A model generated the notes under the pieces. It searched no databases. It was not told the origin of the DNA and worked only from the letters and a program-made list of their open reading frames with translations. A program made the translations under genes and the position numbers. Positions 9,772 to 17,830 of a stretch of DNA of 64,000 bases are shown in pieces. How positions within the stretch are numbered: the first letter of the stretch is position 1; each line of letters starts with the position of its first letter. The DNA is taken from assembly GCA_017647405.1 (NCBI GenBank), contig JAGCKR010000064.1, positions 9,988 to 73,987 on the forward strand, in the 5' to 3' direction. The stretch comes from Alphaproteobacteria bacterium. GTDB lineage: Bacteria; Pseudomonadota; Alphaproteobacteria; CAAHEQ01; UBA3637.

Positions 9772-12546
9772 ATGACGTTTTTAAAAAAAGCATATTTGCG
9801 CGCTTCTGATATTCCAGGTTTTCATTTTGGGGAACTTGTTTGTTTAATGCTTCTTTCCTTTTTTATGGGAATGGCTCTGTCGGGATATGATGCGGCTTCT
9901 GTTCGTCTTTATTTTGAACATGTGCCTTTGCCGGTTATGGGATATGATTTTATTTATATTGCCTTTCTCTGGTTTTTTATTGGGTATCAAAGAAGTATTT
10001 TAACAAGGCAAAAAGGATATGGTGCTATCAAAATTTTAAGTGCCGTTGTGTTTTTAAATACGCTTGTTTTGATTGGAATGGAAACATTGAATCAAAATCT
10101 TTTTGCCCATGTGTTATTTGTCAGTAAGTACCTAGTTTTTTCTTTTTTTACAATGGCGCTTTTTTTAATTGTTTCGAGGTTTTTGCCATTCAGACGTGAA
10201 AGTTTAAAACGACTTTTTATTATGGGTGCTTTATTTTTGGGATTTATGTTTGGTGGATTTATCCCGTTGATTTTTAAATGGGGCGCGTACAGCGTTTTAT
10301 ATGTTTCATTTTTTTTGTTGCTCGGATGTTATTTTAGCTTATTTATTCTTTCAAAAATAGTTTCTGTTCCTAAGGAGCTTTTTGTTACTAAAACAGGCGC
10401 CGCCAAAAATCTTTCGGAACTTAAATTAGTTCGAACGGTTTTATTGGGTTCCTTTTTTGTTTTTGCTGTTAAATGTTTATCTGATTTTCTTTTTTACCAA
10501 TCAGTAGCCAAAGAATTTGAACTTATTGAAACATGGCAATATTTACTCAGTTGGTGGGGTTTATTAGGATTTTTTGGTATTTTATGTGTTGTTATTTTAT
10601 ATCGCACTCGTTATTTTTATATGATTACGGGGGGGATAGTATTATTTTTGATAGGTGCTTTTTGCATTTCTCTGGGCAGTTTATATCAGTTTGTTTATTT
10701 AACAATTATTGGAATGATTTTAAGTTCATTAGCCCTGTTTCTTTATTTTGAAGATTTTATATTGGCATTACTTCGGTTATTGAATCAGGGGATTGGGCAA
10801 AATATTAATAGAAAAAGATGGATGTTAATTGAGCCGGCCGGTTTTTTGGCGGGGGCGCTTTTAAGTGTTCATTTTGCAAATCAGGCATGGATTTTGTTTT
10901 ATCTAACAGCCGGATTGCTTGTTTTGTTTTTTTTATCACTTAAGTTTTACTCTTCTTTATTGGTTTCATTATTGTCATTAAGAGTATGGCGCGGTGGTCC
11001 GTTGTTGTTATTGGATGGTCCTGTTTTGGATTACATTCAAAAAAATATTGTTTCAGAAAATAAAAATGATGCCATTTATTTTTTAAGAATTTTGGAAGTT
11101 TCCAATAGATGGATTTATACAGTTTGGCTTTTAAAATCACTTAAAAATAAAAATGAAAAAGTGCGTCTGTATGTTTTGGAAAAAATGTCTGCGCTATATA
11201 ATTTATCGCGTTATGAAAAAACAATTGAACTTATTTTTTTAAGAGACGCCTCTTTAAAAGTCAGATGTCGAGCTTTAAGTCTTTTAATCCAAATTGCATA
11301 TGAAAATAAAGGGTTAAATGGAGTTAATGCGTATTTGCCATATTTGGATAATAAAAAATTAAAAGTAGGTGCAATGTGTGGTTTTTTAAAAACAGGTGGA
11401 GCACCGGCTTTATTGGTGGCTGATGGATTGCAAGAACTTGTTAACTCCAAAAAGATTAAAGATAATTTATTAGCTCTTGCAATTATTGATTGGGCCCCAA
11501 GTGTTGGGTTGATGCGACAATTAACCAGATTGATGAAAAGTACAACGCCGATTGTTGCTTCAAAATCTTTATTGGTTGCGGCTAAGATTGATCATCCGGA
11601 ATGTTTGCCTCTTATTTTGAATTCTTTGGATGATATGGCTTTAAGAGAAAATGCTCTTGTTGCGCTTAAAAGTTATGGTGTAAAAGCATTGCCGATGATT
11701 GAGCGTGCTTTAAACAATCCGGAAACACCGGCAATTCGTTTAAAAACATTAATTTTGTTTTTGAGTATGCTTCCAAGTGGGGAAGGTAAACAAGTTTTAT
11801 TGCGTTCTCTTCAAATTGGAAATCAAAAATTAAGAAAAACAATTATTCAAGGGATGATTGATAGCGGTATTTTTTGGACTCATCATGATAAATATGATTT
11901 GCTATTTAATGGGATTCAAAAAGATGTTAATCGGATTTTATGGTTGACTGAATTAATGTTAAAATATAAGCAAGTTTCATTTCCGCAAACAAGTGAAGTA
12001 TTTTCATTTTTAATCAGAGCAATTCAAGAAGACCTTAAAGAAACAAGAGAAACGATTTTATATCAACTGTTATTATTAAAAGATAACCAGCTTTATATTA
12101 AAGCTGTAAAATTATTGCTTTCTAAAAGAAAAGATGCCTATGATTTGGCAATGAGTTCATTACAGGATATGTTGCCAAGAAAATTATTTCGGTTGGTTAA
12201 AATTGCGTTGGTTGATACAACGAAAACGGAAAAATCAGTTATCCAATCAGATATCACAATTGAAAGTGCAACAAAAGATGTTTTGCTTTTATTGAACGAA
12301 CCGCCGTTTATGCTTCCTGATTGGATAAAAGCAACGGCGCTTTATGTTTTAAGAATGCTTGATTGTCCTTTGGCCTTAGAAACAGTTAAAAAATATTTAA
12401 AATCAAAAAATCCACTTGTTTTAGAAGCAGCAATTTGGGCATTTTGCAAATTAGAAAAAGATGAAGAAAAACGGCACCAAACATTGATTGGATTGCCAAC
12501 AAGTCAGCTTCTTTTACAATCATTGGATACGATTTTGGAAAGTTAG
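9772..12546 (+). CDS. 12-TM transporter-like domain fused to a C-terminal HEAT/ARM-repeat domain
   Basis: About 12 hydrophobic helices within aa 1-400. The remaining ~500 aa contain repeated HEAT-like units (NEKVRLYVLEKM, DASLKVRCRALSLL, NPETPAIRLKTL, NPLVLEAAIWAF). Confidence 0.6.
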   Translation: MTFLKKAYLRASDIPGFHFGELVCLMLLSFFMGMALSGYDAASVRLYFEHVPLPVMGYDFIYIAFLWFFIGYQRSILTRQKGYGAIKILSAVVFLNTLVLIGMETLNQNLFAHVLFVSKYLVFSFFTMALFLIVSRFLPFRRESLKRLFIMGALFLGFMFGGFIPLIFKWGAYSVLYVSFFLLLGCYFSLFILSKIVSVPKELFVTKTGAAKNLSELKLVRTVLLGSFFVFAVKCLSDFLFYQSVAKEFELIETWQYLLSWWGLLGFFGILCVVILYRTRYFYMITGGIVLFLIGAFCISLGSLYQFVYLTIIGMILSSLALFLYFEDFILALLRLLNQGIGQNINRKRWMLIEPAGFLAGALLSVHFANQAWILFYLTAGLLVLFFLSLKFYSSLLVSLLSLRVWRGGPLLLLDGPVLDYIQKNIVSENKNDAIYFLRILEVSNRWIYTVWLLKSLKNKNEKVRLYVLEKMSALYNLSRYEKTIELIFLRDASLKVRCRALSLLIQIAYENKGLNGVNAYLPYLDNKKLKVGAMCGFLKTGGAPALLVADGLQELVNSKKIKDNLLALAIIDWAPSVGLMRQLTRLMKSTTPIVASKSLLVAAKIDHPECLPLILNSLDDMALRENALVALKSYGVKALPMIERALNNPETPAIRLKTLILFLSMLPSGEGKQVLLRSLQIGNQKLRKTIIQGMIDSGIFWTHHDKYDLLFNGIQKDVNRILWLTELMLKYKQVSFPQTSEVFSFLIRAIQEDLKETRETILYQLLLLKDNQLYIKAVKLLLSKRKDAYDLAMSSLQDMLPRKLFRLVKIALVDTTKTEKSVIQSDITIESATKDVLLLLNEPPFMLPDWIKATALYVLRMLDCPLALETVKKYLKSKNPLVLEAAIWAFCKLEKDEEKRHQTLIGLPTSQLLLQSLDTILES

Positions 12547-12555
12547 GAGAAAAGT

Positions 12556-12957
12556 ATGTCGATTACATTTGAAAAAGTTTTGGTATTAAAAAATATTCCA
12601 ATGTTTGAAAGTGCATCTGAAATGGCTTTGTCAGATTTAATTGCCGCTTCGGAAGAAAAAACATATAAAGCTGGTGATGTGATTATTGATAACGAAAAAG
12701 AAAATTCGTTTTTGTTTATTGTGTTGTTTGGTAAAGCGGGTATTGTTCAAGATGGCGAAATAGTGCAAGAATTTGCTCCGCGTCAAATTTTTGGTGAAAC
12801 AACGGTTTTAAGTCCGGCTATTTTGCCTCATCCGATTAAAGCGATTGAAAAAACAATTGTTTTGAAAATTAGTGGTCACCGGTTATATCAAGTAATGTCA
12901 CTTCATCCATCTGTTGCAAAAGGATTTATCGGTGAACTTTCAAAACGGCTTCGTTAA
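12556..12957 (+). CDS. Stand-alone cyclic-nucleotide-binding (cNMP) domain protein
   Basis: 133 aa with a beta-roll-like GDVII...FLFIVLFG...IFGETTVL pattern. GGAG RBS sits 9 nt after the stop of the upstream HEAT gene. Confidence 0.55.
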   Translation: MSITFEKVLVLKNIPMFESASEMALSDLIAASEEKTYKAGDVIIDNEKENSFLFIVLFGKAGIVQDGEIVQEFAPRQIFGETTVLSPAILPHPIKAIEKTIVLKISGHRLYQVMSLHPSVAKGFIGELSKRLR

Positions 12958-13056
12958 AAAGATAAAATTAATTTAAAAAACCGTAAAATAAGGTTTGATT
13001 TTTCCTTAAAAAGTTATTATAAAAAAATTATTGTTAGCTAAAAAAAGGAGAGAATA

Positions 13057-14226
13057 ATGGTTAAAAAAACTAAAGAAGAAGCCGTTCAAACAGACGGTAC
13101 GGTTAAAACATCATGCAAGAAAGACTGCTGCAAATGCTCTTGTTTGTCAAAATTGAAAACAGGAACAGTTTTAGTTGGCGGTTTTGCTGTTATTGTTGCA
13201 ACAATTTGGGCAATGGCTGAAAATAAATGGATTCAAATTCCTTCATTTTCATCATTTACATCAAAAACAGGCACCGTTGTTGCTACTGTTGATGGTGATC
13301 CTGTTTACATGTCCGATGTGAAAGACTTGGTTGCTCAAATTCCACAATTATCCGAGTTGCCATTTGAAGCTATCTATCCGCAATTAGTTAAGGATGTTGT
13401 TTCAGAAAAAGTTCTTAAAAAAGCGGTTAAGGGTTCTAATGTTGAAAAAAATCCGATTGTTCAACAACGTGTGAATGCCATTTTGTTTGAAGCTTATTTA
13501 GTTGAAAAATTCAAAAAAATGGTTTCTGACGAAGAATTAAAACAAATCTATTTGGAAGAAATCAAAAATTTCCCACGTCAAGAAGAAGTACGTGCCCGTC
13601 ATATTTTGGTTAAATCAGAAAAAGAAGCCAAAGATATCTTGGTACAATTAAAAGCCGGCGCTGACTTTAAGATTTTGGCCAATAAAAAATCTTTGGATGC
13701 TGGAAGCAATAATGGCGGTGATTTAGGATACTTCAAAAAAGAAATGATGATTCCTGCCTTTACAGAACCTGTTTTTGCTTTAAAGAAAGGACAATTATCA
13801 GCTCCGATTAAAACATCATTTGGTTGGCATATTGTGTTGGTTGAAGATCGCCGTTTAGCCGCTCCACCTTCATTTGAAGAAACAAAAGATTTCTTGCGTA
13901 AACAATTGTTTGCTCAAAAAGTGCCAGAATTGATTGAAGATGAATTAAAACGTTTTAAAGCTGAAATTAAAGTTCCGTCAATTGAAACTAAACCGGCCGA
14001 AACCGAAGAAGAAGTAGCTGATATGGCTTTGGAACAAGAAGTTTTACCAGAAGAAACTGAAACGGCTGAACCAGTTGTTGAAAACACAACACCTGTTGTT
14101 GAAGCACCAACAGAAATGCCGGCAGAAGCTCCGGCTGTAACCCCTGTTGAAACACCAGCAGAAGCAACAGTTCCGACAGCAGAAACAACTCCGGTTGAAA
14201 CACCAGTTGTTACAGAAAACAAATAA
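13057..14226 (+). CDS. Membrane-anchored parvulin-type peptidyl-prolyl isomerase (PpiC/SurA-like)
   Basis: Parvulin core ARHILVKSEKEAKDIL...GGDLGYF...SFGWHIVLVEDRR. N-terminal TM and a C-terminal E/T/P/V/A-rich repeat tail. Confidence 0.8.
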   Translation: MVKKTKEEAVQTDGTVKTSCKKDCCKCSCLSKLKTGTVLVGGFAVIVATIWAMAENKWIQIPSFSSFTSKTGTVVATVDGDPVYMSDVKDLVAQIPQLSELPFEAIYPQLVKDVVSEKVLKKAVKGSNVEKNPIVQQRVNAILFEAYLVEKFKKMVSDEELKQIYLEEIKNFPRQEEVRARHILVKSEKEAKDILVQLKAGADFKILANKKSLDAGSNNGGDLGYFKKEMMIPAFTEPVFALKKGQLSAPIKTSFGWHIVLVEDRRLAAPPSFEETKDFLRKQLFAQKVPELIEDELKRFKAEIKVPSIETKPAETEEEVADMALEQEVLPEETETAEPVVENTTPVVEAPTEMPAEAPAVTPVETPAEATVPTAETTPVETPVVTENK

Positions 14227-14245
14227 TTTTCTGAAATAGTAAAAA

Positions 14246-14272
14246 AGGGCGCTTTTAAGCGCTCTTTTTTTT
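14246..14272 (+). terminator. Rho-independent terminator after the parvulin gene
   Basis: GGGCGCTT-tt-AAGCGCTC hairpin followed by a T9 run. Confidence 0.8.
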
Positions 14273-14343
14273 GTTGAAAAATTGATTGATTTGGTATAAA
14301 AATCAAATGATTATTTTTTTTATTTAAGAGTCGGAAATTTAAT

Positions 14344-14366
14344 GGTCGTTAGATTTGCCGGATTTT
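14344..14366. repeat. Repeat copy 1: GGTCG-TTAGATTT-GCCGGATTTT
   Basis: The left 13 nt are the perfect reverse complement of 14453-14465. The right 17/18 nt are a direct repeat of 14467-14483. Confidence 0.85.
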
Positions 14367-14423
14367 GACAAAATAGCCAAAAAAGTTAATCATATGATTT
14401 TATGTAAATTTTTTATAAATAAG

Positions 14424-14452
14424 TTGAAAAGTTTTACCTACTATGGTATAAG
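14424..14452 (+). promoter_or_regulatory. Putative sigma70-type promoter facing the glycan cluster
   Basis: TTGAAA (14424-14429), 17-nt spacer, TATAAG (14447-14452). It lies between the inverted repeats, about 50 nt upstream of ATG 14502. Confidence 0.45.
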
Positions 14453-14483
14453 AAATCTAACGACCCTTAGATTTGCCGATTTT
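14453..14483. repeat. Repeat copies 2 and 3: palindrome AAATCTAA-CGACCC-TTAGATTT followed by GCCGATTTT
   Basis: Read directly from the sequence. Copy 2 is inverted relative to copy 1 and copy 3 is direct. Confidence 0.85.
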
Positions 14484-14501
14484 TATTTTAAAGAAGAAAA
14501 A

Positions 14502-15077
14502 ATGACAATAGCTTATATAGATAAAAATAGTTTATTTATCAGTAAATTAGAGCAAAAAAAATTGCTCTTGTCGTTTTTGAATGTAAAAAAAATAACGGAT
14601 GTTAATTTTATTGAAAATGAGAATATTTTTGCCGATATTTCATTTTTTTCAAAATATAAAAGATTAATTATTCCATCATTATTATTGTTGGGAAAAGATT
14701 TGGATGAAGTGCAACGTCATCTTTCCATCTTGAGTCAATATGAAATGGAACTTATCTCTTTGAAAGAAAATTTAATTTTTTCAACAAAGGATGAAATAAA
14801 AAATTTCATTAAGGAATTCGAAATGATTCTTCAAATGAAAAAAGCATATTCATCTGTGAAAATTAAAAAAGCTCTTCAACAAAAGAAAGAACGAGGATTA
14901 AAAATTGGTCGATCATTTGGAGCAAAAAATAAGAAAAAAACGAAATGCGAAGAGAATCATGACTATATTATCAACGCATTAAAAAAAGGGGAAAATATGT
15001 TGACAATTGCAAATGCAATCGGCGTTAGTATCCGAACGCTTTTTAATTATAAGAAAATTATATTGTCAGGGAAATAA
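14502..15077 (+). CDS. Serine-recombinase (resolvase/invertase)-like protein lacking catalytic residues; probable DNA-binding regulator
   Basis: Collinear by eye with small resolvases, including an E-helix/arm (KKALQQKKERGLKIGRSFG) and a C-terminal HTH (ENMLTIANAIGVSIRTLFNY). YxRVS is replaced by YIDKNS and DRLGR by LLLGK. The track start at 14355 (TTG) is rejected in favour of ATG 14502. Confidence 0.6.
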   Translation: MTIAYIDKNSLFISKLEQKKLLLSFLNVKKITDVNFIENENIFADISFFSKYKRLIIPSLLLLGKDLDEVQRHLSILSQYEMELISLKENLIFSTKDEIKNFIKEFEMILQMKKAYSSVKIKKALQQKKERGLKIGRSFGAKNKKKTKCEENHDYIINALKKGENMLTIANAIGVSIRTLFNYKKIILSGK

Positions 15078-15103
15078 CAAATTAAGAAATAAGGAATTGA
15101 AAA

Positions 15104-15535
15104 ATGAAAACATATTATATTGTTTCGGGAGGATTTGATCCTATACATGAGGGACATATCGAAATGATAAAATCATCAGCGAAGGCTTCTGATGGGGTGA
15201 TTATTTTGGCAAATTCTGATGAATGGCTTATCAGAAAGAAAGGTAAGAATTTTTATCAAATGAAAACGCGTTTGGCCATTTTGGAAAATTTAAAAGGCGT
15301 TGTGGATGTGATTGAATTTGATGATAGTGACGATTCTGCTTCAGATGGTATCAGAAAAGCGCGTGCTAAATATCCGAATGAGAAGCTTGTTTTTGCAAAT
15401 GGTGGTGATCGTGGCAAAGATAATATCCGTGAAGATGCTGTTTGTGAAGAATTAAATGTTGAAAAAGTTTTTGGTGTTGGTGGAGATAATAAAGCCAATT
15501 CGTCATCATGGATTTTAAATAAGTGGGGAAAATAA
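15104..15535 (+). CDS. Cytidylyltransferase-superfamily nucleotidyltransferase (HxGH)
   Basis: GGFDPIHEGHIEM (HxGH motif), FANGGDR and GVGGDNKANSSS. Small (143 aa) sugar- or polyol-phosphate nucleotidyltransferase type. Confidence 0.7.
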   Translation: MKTYYIVSGGFDPIHEGHIEMIKSSAKASDGVIILANSDEWLIRKKGKNFYQMKTRLAILENLKGVVDVIEFDDSDDSASDGIRKARAKYPNEKLVFANGGDRGKDNIREDAVCEELNVEKVFGVGGDNKANSSSWILNKWGK

Positions 15536-15536
15536 A

Positions 15537-16730
15537 ATGAAAAAGAAACTTTTATTCGATGTGGAGCAATTGGCTGCTGATGGTTTAAAAGGAACAGGAG
15601 TTGTTCGTGTTTGTGATGAACTTTTGCGTCGTTTGGTCGCGAATGATGAAGTTGATGTTTATCCGGTTATTGTTTCTGGGCGAGGAGATTTTGAAGCCTA
15701 TTTAAAAGCCAAGGGATTATATAAAAAATTAAAGAACAAAATTGTTTATATGCCGAAGCTTAAATCAACAACAAAAAATTTGAATATTTTTCAAAAAATC
15801 AATTCTTATTGTTTAATCAAATTTTGTTCTTATAAATATAAAAATATTTTGGCTCAATATGATGCTTATATATCGATGTTTACGCCGATTTCACCGGTTG
15901 TTTATCAAAGTAAATTGAAAACGTATATGATTATTCATGATTTGATTCCGATTATGTATCCGGATGGGTGTTCATCTAAATTTATTAAAAAGTTTACGGA
16001 TTGGATGCAAAGAGCAAATGCTGATGAATATTTTGCTGTTTCGAATTTCACTAAGGATGATTTTTTGAAATATCGGCCAGATGAAAAGAATAAACCGATA
16101 CATACGCTTTATTTGGGTGCCAGTAAAAATTTTTCGCCGGTTAAGGATAAAAAAGTTATTCAAAAAGTCAAAGAAAAATATGGTATTAAAACAGATAAAT
16201 ATTTTTTGGCAGTATCAGAACTTTCAGCTCGCAAAAACTTTGTTCATTTACTTAAAAGTTTTGTTGCCTTTTTGGATGAAACAAAAGCGGATGATATTTC
16301 GCTTGTTTTGGTTGGACCTGTTCGCAAAGGGTATGATGCTGTCACATCTCAAGTGATGGGATTTGAAAAATATAAGGATAAAATTGTTCAAACCGGTTTT
16401 GCAGATAATGAAGATTTGGCTCCGCTTTATAGTGGGTCAACAAGTTTTATCTATCCAAGTTGTTATGAAGGTTTCGGATTGCCTGTTTTGGAAGGAATGC
16501 AATGTGGGGCGCCGGTGATAACGGCGGATAACACCTCTTTACCAGAAGTGGGAGGGGATGCTGTTTTATATATTACAGGGCGTGATGAAAAAGAAACCGT
16601 GAAAGCCCTTCAAAAGATATACGAAGATGAAAATTTAAGAAAAGAATTATCTAAAAAAGGAATTGAACGTGCTCAAAAATTCAATTGGGAATCTGCTGTT
16701 CAAGTGGTTGAAAATGCTGTGAGAGGGTAA
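15537..16730 (+). CDS. Glycosyltransferase family 4 (GT-B, RfaG-like)
   Basis: C-terminal EGFGLPVLEGMQCGAPVITADNTSLPEVGGDA (E-x7-E region). Confidence 0.8.
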   Translation: MKKKLLFDVEQLAADGLKGTGVVRVCDELLRRLVANDEVDVYPVIVSGRGDFEAYLKAKGLYKKLKNKIVYMPKLKSTTKNLNIFQKINSYCLIKFCSYKYKNILAQYDAYISMFTPISPVVYQSKLKTYMIIHDLIPIMYPDGCSSKFIKKFTDWMQRANADEYFAVSNFTKDDFLKYRPDEKNKPIHTLYLGASKNFSPVKDKKVIQKVKEKYGIKTDKYFLAVSELSARKNFVHLLKSFVAFLDETKADDISLVLVGPVRKGYDAVTSQVMGFEKYKDKIVQTGFADNEDLAPLYSGSTSFIYPSCYEGFGLPVLEGMQCGAPVITADNTSLPEVGGDAVLYITGRDEKETVKALQKIYEDENLRKELSKKGIERAQKFNWESAVQVVENAVRG

Positions 16731-16733
16731 AAG

Positions 16734-17720
16734 ATGCCAAAAATATCCGTTATAATGCCTGTTTATAACACGAAAGAAATTTATCTAAGACCGGCGATAG
16801 AATCTGTTTTAAATCAAACATATACAGATTTTGAATTGATTATCATTGATAATGGGTCGAAAAAAGAAACTGTTCAAATTTTAGAACAATATAAGGATAA
16901 TCGAATAAAATTATATCGTTTAGAAGAAAATTTGGGACCAGCCGGGGCAAGAAATTTGGGTATAGAAAATGCAAAAGGTGAATTTATTGCGTTTAATGAT
17001 TCTGACGATATTTCATCTTTGAATCGATTTGAAAAACAAATAGAGTTTTTTGAAAAAAATAAAGATATCGGTTGTTTGGGAACGGCTTCAAAGCATATTT
17101 ATAATGGCGTTGAAAAAATTCAGGTAAATCAATTGAAAAGTTCTGATGAAATTGAATGTTTTTTAATTTTTAACGGATGTGCATTCACGAATTCAACAGT
17201 TATGTTAAGAAAAGAAGTTTTAGATAAATATAACTTGAGATATGCATTAGATGATGTTCCAGCCGAAGATTATAAAATGTGGATTAATTTAATTGGAAAA
17301 ACAAAATTCCATATTATGGATGATGTATTGCTCACCTATAATTTTTATCCGGAAAATATTTCTTCTTTAAGACATAGTGAGCAAGAAGAAAAAACAATTT
17401 TATTTAAACAACAGTGTCTTTTACCTTTTTTGAAAGAAAAGGATGCTCAATTATTTGTTCATATTTTAAGTGGTAAACCGCATACATTTGAACAATTAAA
17501 GGAATTTTCTGTAAAATTTCCATTTTATATGGATGTCTTTTCTAAAAGATATTCAACTGAATTATTTAAGAAGTTTTTAAAGAAAAAAATCAAAAAAATA
17601 TTTTATAAAACGCACTCCCTTAAAGGTCAGTTATTTTTGTTTAGATCGTCGTTTGGGCAAATTTTTAATTTTTCTTTAAGTTGGCGTTTATGGTGTTTGA
17701 TAACGAAAGGAGTTTTATAA
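16734..17720 (+). CDS. Glycosyltransferase family 2
   Basis: ISVIMPVYNTKEIYLRPAIESVLNQTYTDFELIIIDNGS and the NDSDD (DxD) motif. Confidence 0.8.
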   Translation: MPKISVIMPVYNTKEIYLRPAIESVLNQTYTDFELIIIDNGSKKETVQILEQYKDNRIKLYRLEENLGPAGARNLGIENAKGEFIAFNDSDDISSLNRFEKQIEFFEKNKDIGCLGTASKHIYNGVEKIQVNQLKSSDEIECFLIFNGCAFTNSTVMLRKEVLDKYNLRYALDDVPAEDYKMWINLIGKTKFHIMDDVLLTYNFYPENISSLRHSEQEEKTILFKQQCLLPFLKEKDAQLFVHILSGKPHTFEQLKEFSVKFPFYMDVFSKRYSTELFKKFLKKKIKKIFYKTHSLKGQLFLFRSSFGQIFNFSLSWRLWCLITKGVL

Positions 17721-17830
17721 ATGAATTTAGTTGTCAACGCGGTTAAGTAATCTGAAATTTTAGGATAAACGGCCATTGTTCGTGATGATAAACTTATTTG
17801 ATTTTGGTTGTTTCTGAAAGGAAGAATATA

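Noticed and set aside
9772-10980. Calling the 12-TM domain a bona fide ATP/ADP translocase (tlc/NTT).
   Set aside because: Topology fits, but I cannot verify TLC signature residues by eye. It is kept generic as transporter-like.
13914-14306. 130-aa and 71-aa ORFs antisense to the parvulin C-terminal tail.
   Set aside because: They are artefacts of the stop-free E/T/P/V/A repeat read on the opposite strand. The longer one also runs through the terminator hairpin.
14355-14501. N-terminal extensions proposed by the ORF track. This one is a TTG start at 14355. Others are 17798, 20466, 25254, 29111, 33468, 35593, 38130, 38566, 38668, 49313, 50280, 57483 and 59556.
   Set aside because: In each case an internal ATG with a proper RBS begins the conserved family N-terminus or the signal peptide. 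The extension overlaps promoters, repeats or the neighbouring gene.
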